Assembly (NCBI GenBank): GCA_018400915.1
Contig: JAGYLW010000001.1
Location: forward strand, 1-56,770
Direction of reading: 5' to 3'
Length of the DNA: 56,770 bases
Source: Fidelibacterota bacterium
GTDB taxonomy: Bacteria; Fidelibacterota; Fidelibacteria; Fidelibacterales; Fidelibacteraceae
Shown: positions 40,201 through 49,293 of the stretch, piece by piece
Layout of the letters: every line of letters starts with the position of its first letter
Position numbering within the stretch: the stretch's first letter is position 1
Made by a program: the position numbers and the translations under genes
Notes under the pieces: model-generated
Seen by the model: only the letters and a program-made list of their open reading frames with translations
Told to the model about the DNA's origin: nothing
Database searches by the model: none

Positions 40201-41219
40201 AAAAGATTTTATTTATTGTGCTTGCGGCAGCCGTGATGTTCACCGGCTGTTCGGACAAAGCTGACCTGACACCCGCTCAAACGGAATTCTTTGAGCTTAT
40301 GTCGGAGAAGCTCCCCTATATGGACCCGGATACGAGTGCGGTGCTTGCCACGACGAATGCCTTTGAGATCAAAAATACCGATATCATGGAAAGTGTTTTC
40401 CAGGGCATGCGCGGCGACACCAGCATCATCTCGAATGTCGATCCCGCCCGCATCAAAGCTTTTGTCCGTCAGGTCGTCACGCTGAAAGCACAGCAGGACA
40501 TTCTGCTGGCAGAAGCGGAGAAGGAAGGGCTGACCGTACCGAAAGACAGTGTGGACGCCTTTATCGAAGAAAACCTTTACAAGCCGAACGGCGGAAAAGA
40601 GGCGTTTCTCGAACAGCTGGAACTGCAGCAGATCGACATGGACTATGTCCGGGAAGATACCCGCAAAAACCTGATGATCATGAAGTATATTGACGATATC
40701 GCCCTGGCGGACGTGAATGTTACGGTCACGGAAGAGGATATCCGGGAATTCTACGAGGAAAACCAGGACCGCTACTCACAGGAAACCGTTACCGCCCGCC
40801 ATATCCTTTTCATGACACAGGACAAGTCCGAGGAAGAGAAAGCGCTGGTCAAAGACACCGCCGAGAAGGTTCTCCGGCGTGCAAAACAGGGTGAGGATTT
40901 CACCGAACTGGTGAAGGAGTACAGTGACGACCCCGGCTCGCAGTCAACGGGCGGCCTGTATGAGGATTTTCCCCGCGGGCGCATGGTGCAGGCGTTTGAA
41001 GACGCAAGTTTCAACATGAAGGTCGGAGAGATCAGCAACCTGGTGGAAACTCCGTACGGATACCATATTATCAAGAAAGAGGATCACAAATACGGGAAAG
41101 AGCTGGAAACGGTCCGCGGCGAAATAGAGAAAGCGGTGCGCGAACAGAAAAAAGAAGCTGCTTTCCCGCCCGTTCTGGACAGCCTCGTGCAGGCATATGA
41201 ATTTCAAATGACGATGTAG
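40197..41219 (+). CDS. parvulin-type peptidylprolyl isomerase lipoprotein
   Basis: Lipobox VMFTGCS. Rotamase core ARHILFM..TGGLYEDFPRGRMVQAFEDASFNM..GEISNLVETPYGYHIIK. ATGA overlap with the upstream stop. Confidence 0.8.
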   Translation: MKKILFIVLAAAVMFTGCSDKADLTPAQTEFFELMSEKLPYMDPDTSAVLATTNAFEIKNTDIMESVFQGMRGDTSIISNVDPARIKAFVRQVVTLKAQQDILLAEAEKEGLTVPKDSVDAFIEENLYKPNGGKEAFLEQLELQQIDMDYVREDTRKNLMIMKYIDDIALADVNVTVTEEDIREFYEENQDRYSQETVTARHILFMTQDKSEEEKALVKDTAEKVLRRAKQGEDFTELVKEYSDDPGSQSTGGLYEDFPRGRMVQAFEDASFNMKVGEISNLVETPYGYHIIKKEDHKYGKELETVRGEIEKAVREQKKEAAFPPVLDSLVQAYEFQMTM

Positions 41220-41250
41220 CATATTCCGGAAAGATCCCGGAGGAACATAC

Positions 41251-41283
41251 AGAGGCGAAAAATATTTCGCCTCTTTTCTTTTA
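41251..41283 (+). terminator. intrinsic terminator
   Basis: Perfect 10-bp stem AGAGGCGAAA (41251-60) / TTTCGCCTCT (41265-74) with loop AATA, followed by TTTCTTTT. Confidence 0.85.
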
Positions 41284-41395
41284 CGTTCCATTGCCCCGGG
41301 AATGTAAAAAATCTTCAGAAAACACAGGAAATACGAAACAAAATATAGGAGATAAGCGATAAATTTTATATTATTGCCGGAGAAACGGATGCGAA

Positions 41396-43021
41396 ATGAT
41401 GGAGAAAAATACGATCATGGTTTTCATAAAAAGAAATAAAAAAGCGATACTGCTTTCACTGGTGGTGCTGACACTGGTCTTTAGTGCCCTGCACATCACA
41501 AGGCTTCGCGCCGAAGCACGGGATATCTATGAGAAGATGCAGGTCCTGACCGATATCATCGGGATCGTCAACGAGAATTACGTCGAAGACGTCGAATGGG
41601 AAAAGACCATGGAAGGCGCATACCGCGGCCTCCTTGAAGAACTTGATCCCCACTCCACCTATATTCCCGCCAAACGCTTTGAGACCGTAAAAGAAGAGTT
41701 TGAAGGAGAGTTTCAGGGTATCGGCATCGAATATGATATTATTGACGGCTATATAACCGTCATTTCGCCGATCATCGGCACCCCGGCGGAAGAGGTCGGG
41801 TTGCAGTCCGGCGACAAATTCCTGAAGATCGACAATGAATCCGCCTATAAGATAACCCGGGAAGAGACCAAGAACCGGCTTCGGGGAAAAAAGGGAACGG
41901 AAGTGGTCGTGTCCGTGAAGCGTCCGGGAATAAAAGATCCCTTTGACGTCACGATCACACGTGATAATATTCCCCTGTATTCCGTTTCCGGATATTTTAT
42001 GATCGATGACGAAACCGGGTATGTCCTGATAAACCGTTTTGCGGAAAAAACGCACGACGAATTCCTTGAGGCGGTAAAGGTCCTGAAAGCCAAGGGCATG
42101 AAATCCCTGATCATGGATTTGCGCTACAACAGCGGCGGATATATGAATCAGGCCATCGAGATCCTTGACGAATTTGTCGGCGGCGGAGATACGCTGGTGT
42201 ATACCCAGGGCCGCATCCGCTCCGCAAATGACGTTCACATGTCCACAAGGCGCGGAAAATTTGAAGACATTCCCGTCGCCGTCCTGATAAACCGCGGATC
42301 CGCTTCGGCCTCCGAGATCGTTTCCGGCGCGCTGCAGGACCTTGACCGGGGGCTGATCGTAGGAGAGACCTCCTTCGGGAAAGGGCTGGTGCAGCGCCAG
42401 TGGAGCATGCGCGACGGATCGGCAATACGCGTGACGATAGCGCGGTACTATACCCCCTCCGGCCGCCTGATCCAGCGTCCGTATGATAACGGGACGGCCC
42501 GTTATTACGAGGAACTTTACACCCTTCCCGACAGTGTGTTCAGCGACTCCCTGGACAAGCATCTTGACACACGCCCCGAATACACGACCCGCAACGGCAG
42601 GACCGTCTACGGCGGCGGGGGCATTACGCCGGATATTGTCGTGAAACGCAATTACGATCTCAGTGAAAGCACCATGAAGATATTCAGCAAAAATGTCCGA
42701 CTGTTTTTCAAGTATGCCCAGGAACTTACCCAAAGGCATCCGGAATACAAAAGCGATCCCGACACCTTCATTTATGAAACAAAACTGGAGAAGGATTTTA
42801 CAGCGGATTTTCATGACTTTATCTCCGGGGAGATCGACGATATCGAGCTTCAGGACCTTCGGGAAGACGAGGAATATCTGGAAATGCAGCTGAAGTCCGA
42901 GATGGCAAAAATATGGTGGGACAATAACGCATACTATGAAGCGCGGCTCCAGTGTGACAATCAATTTAAGACAGCAATGGAGTCCATGGGGAGCCTGCAA
43001 AACATCCTGGCACTTCATTAA
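41396..43021 (+). CDS. S41 family carboxyl-terminal processing peptidase
   Basis: N-terminal TM anchor, PDZ segment (GIGIEYDIIDGYITVISPIIGTPAEEVGLQSGDKFLKID) and catalytic region DLRYNSGGY .. NRGSASASEI. Confidence 0.88.
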   Translation: MMEKNTIMVFIKRNKKAILLSLVVLTLVFSALHITRLRAEARDIYEKMQVLTDIIGIVNENYVEDVEWEKTMEGAYRGLLEELDPHSTYIPAKRFETVKEEFEGEFQGIGIEYDIIDGYITVISPIIGTPAEEVGLQSGDKFLKIDNESAYKITREETKNRLRGKKGTEVVVSVKRPGIKDPFDVTITRDNIPLYSVSGYFMIDDETGYVLINRFAEKTHDEFLEAVKVLKAKGMKSLIMDLRYNSGGYMNQAIEILDEFVGGGDTLVYTQGRIRSANDVHMSTRRGKFEDIPVAVLINRGSASASEIVSGALQDLDRGLIVGETSFGKGLVQRQWSMRDGSAIRVTIARYYTPSGRLIQRPYDNGTARYYEELYTLPDSVFSDSLDKHLDTRPEYTTRNGRTVYGGGGITPDIVVKRNYDLSESTMKIFSKNVRLFFKYAQELTQRHPEYKSDPDTFIYETKLEKDFTADFHDFISGEIDDIELQDLREDEEYLEMQLKSEMAKIWWDNNAYYEARLQCDNQFKTAMESMGSLQNILALH

Positions 43022-43025
43022 TATG

Positions 43026-43054
43026 TTGACTTTATAACGGTATTTTCTTAAAAT
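43026..43054 (+). promoter_or_regulatory. candidate sigma70-type promoter of the exbB-tonB cluster
   Basis: TTGACT (43026-31), a 17-nt spacer, then TAAAAT (43049-54). GGAGG RBS at 43087-91. Confidence 0.4.
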
Positions 43055-43099
43055 GCTGTGTTGTATATAAAATAAAACGATAATTTGGAGGTCGAATTT

Positions 43100-43717
43100 A
43101 TGGTAAAGCTCTTCTTAGACGGTGGTCCCTTCATGTGGCCCCTCCTGGGTTTATTGGTCATCGGACTGGTCTTTGTTTTTGAACGGCTCTATGCCCTTAC
43201 AACGGTTACGGCAAAAACAAAAGCTTTTACAAAAGACATCAGAGATATTTTAGAGGAAAAAGGCGTTGACGGTGCGATCAAGGCATGTGAAGAATCCACA
43301 AGTCCGGTAGCGGCAATGTTCTCCGAAGCATTGCGTCATTACGACAAGGGGTTCGAGAAGATGGAAAAATCCCTGGATACCATCGGGGCCCTGGAAATGA
43401 CATTTCTTGAAAAGAACCAGATCTGGCTGTCAACGGTCATTGTGATCGCTCCGATGCTCGGTTTTACCGGCACGGTTGCAGGAATGGTCAAGGCATTTCA
43501 GGATATCGCGGCAGCAAACGACATGTCCCCGGCTGTTGTGGCGACGGGTATTTCACAGGCATTGCTGACAACATTGTTCGGTCTGATCATTGCGATGATC
43601 ATTCAGATATTCCAGAACTTTTTCTTATACCAGATCGACAACCTGGTCGTGGAAATGGAAAAGAACTCACTGGACCTCCTGGACGACCTGGAAAATAAGG
43701 ATATCAAGAAAAAGTAA
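43100..43717 (+). CDS. exbB: MotA/TolQ/ExbB proton-channel protein
   Basis: Three TM segments and the family motif PMLGFTGTVAGMVKAF .. ALLTTLFGLIIA. ATG 43100 is preferred over TTG 43085. Confidence 0.85.
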   Translation: MVKLFLDGGPFMWPLLGLLVIGLVFVFERLYALTTVTAKTKAFTKDIRDILEEKGVDGAIKACEESTSPVAAMFSEALRHYDKGFEKMEKSLDTIGALEMTFLEKNQIWLSTVIVIAPMLGFTGTVAGMVKAFQDIAAANDMSPAVVATGISQALLTTLFGLIIAMIIQIFQNFFLYQIDNLVVEMEKNSLDLLDDLENKDIKKK

Positions 43718-43735
43718 GCGTCAGGGGAAAATTAC

Positions 43736-44137
43736 ATGATAAAAAAGAAAACCCGTCCACCTGCCGAAGTTCCCAGTTCGTCAATGTCCGACATTGCCTT
43801 TCTGCTGTTGATTTTTTTCCTTCTCGTTTCGAACGTGGATACGGATAAAGGCATCGGGGTCGTGCTTCCTCCGCCCGGTGAAGCGGAGATCAAGCTGAAC
43901 CCCAAGAACATTACCATGGTGCTCGTCAATGCAAAGGGAGAAGTGCTCTTCAATGACGAGGTGATCCCGGTAAATGAGATCGAAAACCGTGCCCGGGAAC
44001 TTGAGGCAAGAAATCCCAAAATGGTTTTTTCCGTACAGACGGACCGGAAAACCAAATACCAGGATTATATTGACGTGGTTGATCAACTGACGATTGCAGA
44101 TGTGAAAAAGCTGGCATTGATCGGAACACCGCAGTAG
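43736..44137 (+). CDS. exbD: ExbD/TolR biopolymer transport protein
   Basis: N-terminal MSDIAFLLLIFFLLV TM helix and periplasmic domain. 133 aa. Confidence 0.85.
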   Translation: MIKKKTRPPAEVPSSSMSDIAFLLLIFFLLVSNVDTDKGIGVVLPPPGEAEIKLNPKNITMVLVNAKGEVLFNDEVIPVNEIENRARELEARNPKMVFSVQTDRKTKYQDYIDVVDQLTIADVKKLALIGTPQ

Positions 44138-44146
44138 GAGAAACAT

Positions 44147-44554
44147 ATGGCAATCAAGAAAAAATCAAAAGCCAGAGCCGGAATTCCGACAGCTTCCATG
44201 TCCGATATTATTTTCATGCTGCTGATCTTCTTTATGGCGGCAACTTCACTGAAAACGGTAGAAGGGCTCAAGGTAAAACTGCCACGCGCCCGCTCCATTG
44301 CAAAACTTGACACGCCCAAGCGTTCCGTTTTGTATGTTTTCATTGACCGTACCGGCCGTATCAGCATTCAGGACAAACTGATGAATGCCGAGGATGTTTC
44401 GGGAGTGATCTATCCCCTCCGTCAAAATGACAACAGGCTGACCATATCCCTGCGGGCTGATCAGGAGACACAAATGGGAGTGGTTTCTGACGTGCAGAAC
44501 GAACTGCGTGATGCAAGTGCCCTGAAAGTAAATTACTCGGCAAAACACAAGTAA
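44147..44554 (+). CDS. exbD: ExbD/TolR biopolymer transport protein (second paralog)
   Basis: MSDIIFMLLIFFMAA TM helix. 135 aa. 9-nt gap from the first paralog. Confidence 0.85.
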   Translation: MAIKKKSKARAGIPTASMSDIIFMLLIFFMAATSLKTVEGLKVKLPRARSIAKLDTPKRSVLYVFIDRTGRISIQDKLMNAEDVSGVIYPLRQNDNRLTISLRADQETQMGVVSDVQNELRDASALKVNYSAKHK

Positions 44555-44573
44555 GCGGAACAGGAGCCTTCTT

Positions 44574-45233
44574 ATGTCAGCCACAAAATATCAGAAATTC
44601 AAAGGACGCACCGGCTTTATCGCCGAGATATCCCTGGTACTGGTTCTGCTGTTCATCGTACTGATCGTGTATTTATTTCCCCGCTTTGAAAGCGGGCCGC
44701 GCACACAGAAAGAACAGACCATCGAATTTATACAGTCCGAGGAAATCCCGCAGGTCGAGCTTCAGCAGATGGAAGCCCCGCAACAGCGGCCGGCAATCCC
44801 CGTCATGAGTGAAGACGAGGACATTTCCGAAGACTTTACGATCGAGGATATGGATTTCGAGGATTATGAAGCTGTTGACGCGCCCCCGGCCCCCTCCGGC
44901 GACGGTGACGGCGACGGTGTCGTCGTTGAGTTTATCGCTTATGACGAACGCCCGGTCCCGATCGGCGGGCAGGCGGCGATCTCACGCAATGTCGTTTATC
45001 CCGAGATCGCAAAAGAAGCAGGTATCGAGGGCAAGGTCATTGTACAGGCCTTCATCAATAAAGAAGGGATTGTCGAACACACCCTGATCCTGAAAGGCAT
45101 GCCCGGTACGGGACTGGATGAAGCGGCGATGGATGCGATCAAACGCACCCGTTTTAAACCGGCGAAACAGCGCGACCGCGATGTAGGGGTCTGGATCTCC
45201 ATACCGGTCACCTTTACACTGAATACAAAATAA
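44574..45233 (+). CDS. tonB: TonB family energy transducer
   Basis: N-terminal TM helix, acidic/Pro-rich linker (..APPAPSGDGDGDG..), and TonB C-terminal domain YPEIAKEAGIEGKVIVQAFINKEG..RFKPAKQRDRDVGVWISIPVTF. Confidence 0.85.
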   Translation: MSATKYQKFKGRTGFIAEISLVLVLLFIVLIVYLFPRFESGPRTQKEQTIEFIQSEEIPQVELQQMEAPQQRPAIPVMSEDEDISEDFTIEDMDFEDYEAVDAPPAPSGDGDGDGVVVEFIAYDERPVPIGGQAAISRNVVYPEIAKEAGIEGKVIVQAFINKEGIVEHTLILKGMPGTGLDEAAMDAIKRTRFKPAKQRDRDVGVWISIPVTFTLNTK

Positions 45234-45244
45234 GCTATTATCAG

Positions 45245-45290
45245 AACCCGCTGATACAGCAAGTTCGCTTGCGCATGTGCGGGTTTTTTT
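45245..45290 (+). terminator. probable intrinsic terminator
   Basis: AACCCGC (45245-51) / GCGGGTT (45279-85) enclose a nested GCAAG-TTCG-CTTGC hairpin (45259-72). The T run extends to 45290. Confidence 0.5.
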
Positions 45291-45335
45291 ATTCCCGGCA
45301 AAAGCATGCCGGTGAACAATATCAAAGGGGAGATA

Positions 45336-46835
45336 ATGAAAGATCCGCAGAACATCCTTTTTATTGTATCGGAAAGTGTTCCGTTCGCAAAAAGCGGCGG
45401 CCTGGCGGATGTTGCCGGTGCGCTGTCCGGGAAACTTGCGGAAAAAGGACACCGGGTTACGGTCGTTATGCCGTATTATGCAGGGATCCCGGTGGAACTT
45501 ACAAGATCCCCCGAACCCCCATTCCCCATGAACGTGTGGATGGGGAACACCGAAGAATGGTGCCTTGTTCATTCCAAAAAGATACAAAAGAACCTTCATT
45601 ACTATTTTATTGACTTTCAGAAATACTTTTTCCGCGAGGGGCTTTATCACGATCATGCCATGCATGACTATGAGGATAATCCGAAACGGTTTGCATTTCT
45701 TTCGCAGGCGGCGCTTTATCTCTGTAAAACAAAACAGATAAAGCCTGATATCGTTCATGCGCACGACTGGCAGACCTCAGCGGCACTGGCGTACCTGAAG
45801 ACCCACCACTGGGATTGTCCCTTTCTGGGCGGCGCTGCAGGAGTTCTGACGATCCACAATATCGGCTACCAGGGAAAATATCCCCGGGATGCTTATGAAT
45901 ATCTTGGTTTCCGCGAAAAAGATTTCGTACCGGAAATTTTTGAGGATCACGGCGGGATCAATCTGCTGAAAGGCGGTATCCATTTTGCCGATATCGTCAA
46001 CACCGTAAGTCCCTCCTATGCGAATGAAACGCTGACTCCGGAATACTCCCACGGCCTGGACCCCCTCCTGCGGAAAAAAGGCGACCGGTATATCGGTATT
46101 CTGAACGGCGTGGACTATGCGAAATGGGATCCCTCCTGCGATACGCTGATCGCCCGTACCTATCATACACGGAATATGGAGGGAAAAAAGCAATGCAAGG
46201 CGATCCTTCAGAAAAAAATGGACCTTTACCGGCAGGAACAGATCCCCGTCATCGGCATTATCAGCCGCATGGCCGCACAAAAGGGGCTTCATCTGCTGGC
46301 GAAGAGCATTGAAGCCATTGTCAACAACATGCAGGTACAGTTCGCCATTCTGGGTTCGGGAGATAAAAACCTGGAGGATTATTACGGTTCCCTGCCCCGG
46401 AAGTACCCCGGGCTTATCGGCGTGCATATCGGCTATGACAATGTCCTTGCCCATGCTGTCGAGGCGGGAGCCGATCTTTTTCTGATGCCATCACTGTATG
46501 AGCCCTGCGGACTTAATCAGATCTATTCGCTGCGCTATGGCACCCTTCCCGTTGTGCGCGCCACCGGGGGACTGGACGACACGGTGGAACAGTATGATGA
46601 ATCCTCGGGCACTGGCACGGGATTCAAGTTTTACGATGCCACGCCGCGTGCGATCTTCGATACCGTGGGATGGGCGGTTTCCACCTATTACGACCGGCCC
46701 AAACATTACCGCGCAATGCAGGAACGCGCAATGAAAAAGGATTTTTCCTGGGAAGAAAGCACCCTGCGCTATGAAGAGGCCTACCGGCGCGCAAAAGAAG
46801 TCAAGAAAACATATGATATAAAGCACACGCTTTAG
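45336..46835 (+). CDS. glgA: glycogen (starch) synthase
   Basis: ILFIVSESVPFAKSGGLADVAGAL (KxGGL motif) and the C-terminal PSLYEPCGLNQIYSLRYGTLPVVRATGGLDDTV. ATG 45336 with AAAGGGGAG upstream is preferred over 45306. Confidence 0.92.
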   Translation: MKDPQNILFIVSESVPFAKSGGLADVAGALSGKLAEKGHRVTVVMPYYAGIPVELTRSPEPPFPMNVWMGNTEEWCLVHSKKIQKNLHYYFIDFQKYFFREGLYHDHAMHDYEDNPKRFAFLSQAALYLCKTKQIKPDIVHAHDWQTSAALAYLKTHHWDCPFLGGAAGVLTIHNIGYQGKYPRDAYEYLGFREKDFVPEIFEDHGGINLLKGGIHFADIVNTVSPSYANETLTPEYSHGLDPLLRKKGDRYIGILNGVDYAKWDPSCDTLIARTYHTRNMEGKKQCKAILQKKMDLYRQEQIPVIGIISRMAAQKGLHLLAKSIEAIVNNMQVQFAILGSGDKNLEDYYGSLPRKYPGLIGVHIGYDNVLAHAVEAGADLFLMPSLYEPCGLNQIYSLRYGTLPVVRATGGLDDTVEQYDESSGTGTGFKFYDATPRAIFDTVGWAVSTYYDRPKHYRAMQERAMKKDFSWEESTLRYEEAYRRAKEVKKTYDIKHTL

Positions 46836-48094
46836 ATCTCTTTTGTGGGCTGCCGACGGTAATATTTTTTTACCAGAAGCAGGTAGCTCACCGTTCCCAT
46901 GCTGTAAAGCAATGCGGTGATAATAAAGATCTTATAATAAGCCAGATCAATGTAGCGGAGAAACTGAAAGATTTTTGCACTGACGAACCAGGAGGCGTTC
47001 CAGATCCCGCTCTGAATGGCGGAAATAAGTTCGCGGTTCTGGGGACCGACGTATTTCATCACCAGTTCGCTGGTAATGGGAGAGGCCATGTTCATCAGGG
47101 GCTGGCGTATGATAAAGGCGCCCGCGGCGAACCAGAGGGCGAACCCGTAATGACTGTACAGTTCTGTCGAAGCCAGGAAGACCAGGAACAGGATGGCGGT
47201 GAATTGCGTCACGGCGATGGAGGGGCCGTAGCCGAGACGCCGGCGCAGGATGGGGGTCAGCAGGCCGCCCAGGAAGACAAGGGCCGCCGCCACACTGCCC
47301 ATGATGGCGAAAGCGTCCGAATCCACGTGAAAGACCGAGTTGAAAAAGAGATTCATAAAGGGGATGGTAAGCCCCGCTCCCACGGAAATGATGAACATCG
47401 GCAGCAGGCCGCGGAAGATCCTTCCCCACTGATAGCTTTTCAGGTGTGTGAAGACCGAGCTGCGAGGCACCGGCGGAGGCGCTTTCTCCGAAATGCGGGA
47501 AAAGGCGAATATCCCCAGTGCACTGAGAAACACAAAAAGCATCAGCACTTCGAATTCCGTGATGTGAAAGGAGGGGAAAAAGGAAGCGATCCCGAAAAAC
47601 ACGTTGATCAGTATCCCCGAAATGATCGAGGCAAAACTCCATACCGCAAAATTCATGGCAATACTTTCACTCAGTGTCTCATCACCGCTGTGGCGGAGAA
47701 TAAAAGGAAGCGCGGTAACGTGTATCAGCATAAAACCGATACTGCCGACGAAGAAAAAGACCTTGATCAGAAAGGTGATGTGGGCCTGTGAGGTCAGGAG
47801 CATCGCCGCTCCGGAGAGCGGGATGATAATGGCTCCCGCAATAAAAAAAGGTTTCAGCCGCCTTCCCTTGATAATAAGGCCGAAGGGGATACTGAACAAG
47901 AGGATGCTGATAAAACGGTAGGAGGTGAAATTTGCGATCACAGCGTCCGTATAACCGTTCTTCCGGAGATAGATATTCAGGATAAGGTTGAATGAAGCGT
48001 TGAGAAGCTGCAGAAAAAAGGAGCCGAGGACGAGATGTTTGATGGAACGGGGGACGGCAAGATAGCGTTTCAGCAAGAGTTTCAGTTCAGTCAT
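46832..48094 (-). CDS. MFS transporter
   Basis: About 12 hydrophobic segments in 420 aa, with an MFS-like loop motif (GLIIKGRRLKP). Its stop overlaps the convergent glgA stop. Confidence 0.7.
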   Translation of the reverse strand: MTELKLLLKRYLAVPRSIKHLVLGSFFLQLLNASFNLILNIYLRKNGYTDAVIANFTSYRFISILLFSIPFGLIIKGRRLKPFFIAGAIIIPLSGAAMLLTSQAHITFLIKVFFFVGSIGFMLIHVTALPFILRHSGDETLSESIAMNFAVWSFASIISGILINVFFGIASFFPSFHITEFEVLMLFVFLSALGIFAFSRISEKAPPPVPRSSVFTHLKSYQWGRIFRGLLPMFIISVGAGLTIPFMNLFFNSVFHVDSDAFAIMGSVAAALVFLGGLLTPILRRRLGYGPSIAVTQFTAILFLVFLASTELYSHYGFALWFAAGAFIIRQPLMNMASPITSELVMKYVGPQNRELISAIQSGIWNASWFVSAKIFQFLRYIDLAYYKIFIITALLYSMGTVSYLLLVKKYYRRQPTKEI

Positions 48095-48122
48095 GGGCGG
48101 AAGTTAGCATTATTTTTGAAAA

Positions 48123-48138
48123 AAACAATGCATTGTTT
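48123..48138. promoter_or_regulatory. 16-bp perfect palindrome in the MFS/argF divergent region
   Basis: AAACAATGCATTGTTT, located 29-44 nt upstream of the MFS start codon and about 40 nt upstream of the predicted argF -35. Confidence 0.35.
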
Positions 48139-48175
48139 GCCGGTACCCGCAAAAATACTGAAATGATTTCTCTGT

Positions 48176-48204
48176 TTCACAGTGCGGCGGTTTTTGCTTA
48201 TATT
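48176..48204 (+). promoter_or_regulatory. candidate sigma70-type promoter for argF
   Basis: TTCACA (48176-81), a 17-nt spacer, then TATATT (48199-204). AAGGAGGA RBS precedes ATG 48231. Confidence 0.35.
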
Positions 48205-48230
48205 AGGGCTTAAATCAAGGAGGATACCCA

Positions 48231-49241
48231 ATGCGAATCAATTTGGAAGGAAGGCATTTTTTAACGCTTCTGGATTACCGTCCCGAAGAGATCCTTTATC
48301 TGACAGACCTGGCCGAACGATTGAAAAAAGAAAAACAGGACGGACATTTCCCGCAGCGCTTAAAGCATAAGAACATCGCACTGCTTTTCGAGAAGAATTC
48401 CACGCGCACACGCTGCGCTTTTACGGTGGCGGCGGCGGATGAAGGCGCACATCCGGAATTCCTGGGAAAGAACGACATTCAGTTCGGGACGAAAGAAAGT
48501 GTTGCCGACACCGCAAGAGTGCTCGGCAGGATGTTCGACGGCATTCAGTTCCGGGGCTTTCAGCACCGGACCGTGGAGGAACTGGCAAAACACGCCGGCG
48601 TTCCGGTGTGGAACGGGCTTACGGACCTGTATCATCCCACCCAGATCCTGGCGGACCTGCTTACGATCCAGGAGAACAAAGGAAAGCTGAAAGGCATCGC
48701 GCTTGCCTATGTCGGGGACGGGCAGAACAATATGGCAAATTCGCTGATGATCGGAGCCGCAAAAACAGGGATGGATTTCCGGATCGTGGCGCCGTTCTCG
48801 CTTTTCCCCCAAGAGGAACTGGTGACAAAAGCGCGGAAGATCGCCGCAGAGAGCGGCGGACGCGTACACCTGACGGAAAATATCGACGAAGGTGTCCGCA
48901 ATGCGGATGTCATTTATACGGATGTCTGGGTCTCCATGGGCGCGGAAGAAATGCTCGGGAAACGCATTGAACTGCTCCGCCCCTACCAGGTCAACCGCGG
49001 AATGATGGAAAAAACCGGAAAGCACGATACGATCTTCATGCACTGCCTTCCGGCCTTCCACGATATCAATACGGGAACCGGCGCAAAGGTTTACCGTCAG
49101 TACGGCCTGGACTCCATGGAAGTCAGCGACGAGGTGTTCGAATCCCCCGCCAGCAAAGTATGGGATGAAGCCGAGAACCGCATGCATACGATCAAGGCGG
49201 TGATGCTGGCGACAATGGGCGGCGCCCCGGCGGGAGCATAG
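48231..49241 (+). CDS. argF: ornithine carbamoyltransferase
   Basis: [28 protein letters not shown] and HCLPAFHD. Co-linear with enterobacterial OTC over the full 336 aa. An anabolic versus catabolic role cannot be decided. Confidence 0.92.
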   Translation: MRINLEGRHFLTLLDYRPEEILYLTDLAERLKKEKQDGHFPQRLKHKNIALLFEKNSTRTRCAFTVAAADEGAHPEFLGKNDIQFGTKESVADTARVLGRMFDGIQFRGFQHRTVEELAKHAGVPVWNGLTDLYHPTQILADLLTIQENKGKLKGIALAYVGDGQNNMANSLMIGAAKTGMDFRIVAPFSLFPQEELVTKARKIAAESGGRVHLTENIDEGVRNADVIYTDVWVSMGAEEMLGKRIELLRPYQVNRGMMEKTGKHDTIFMHCLPAFHDINTGTGAKVYRQYGLDSMEVSDEVFESPASKVWDEAENRMHTIKAVMLATMGGAPAGA

Positions 49242-49252
49242 ATCATCCCGGT

Positions 49253-49293
49253 AAAAAACCGCACACAAAGGGCAACTCCGTGAGGAGTTACCC
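49253..49293 (-). terminator. intrinsic terminator (minus strand; may also serve argF)
   Basis: On the minus strand, GGGTAACTCC-TCAC-GGAGTTGCCC (10-bp stem, one A-C mismatch) is followed by TTTGTGTGCGGTTTTTT. An A run on the other side makes it potentially bidirectional. Confidence 0.6.

Noticed and set aside
44860-44925. A GDGDGDG / Pro-rich low-complexity repeat in the TonB-like protein.
   Set aside because: This is the normal acidic/proline-rich periplasmic spacer of TonB-family proteins. It is not a DNA-level tandem repeat of note.
46832-46835. Convergent glgA and MFS genes whose stop codons overlap (TTAG), with no terminator between them.
   Set aside because: Such overlaps are common in compact genomes. 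I saw no hairpin or other signal here.
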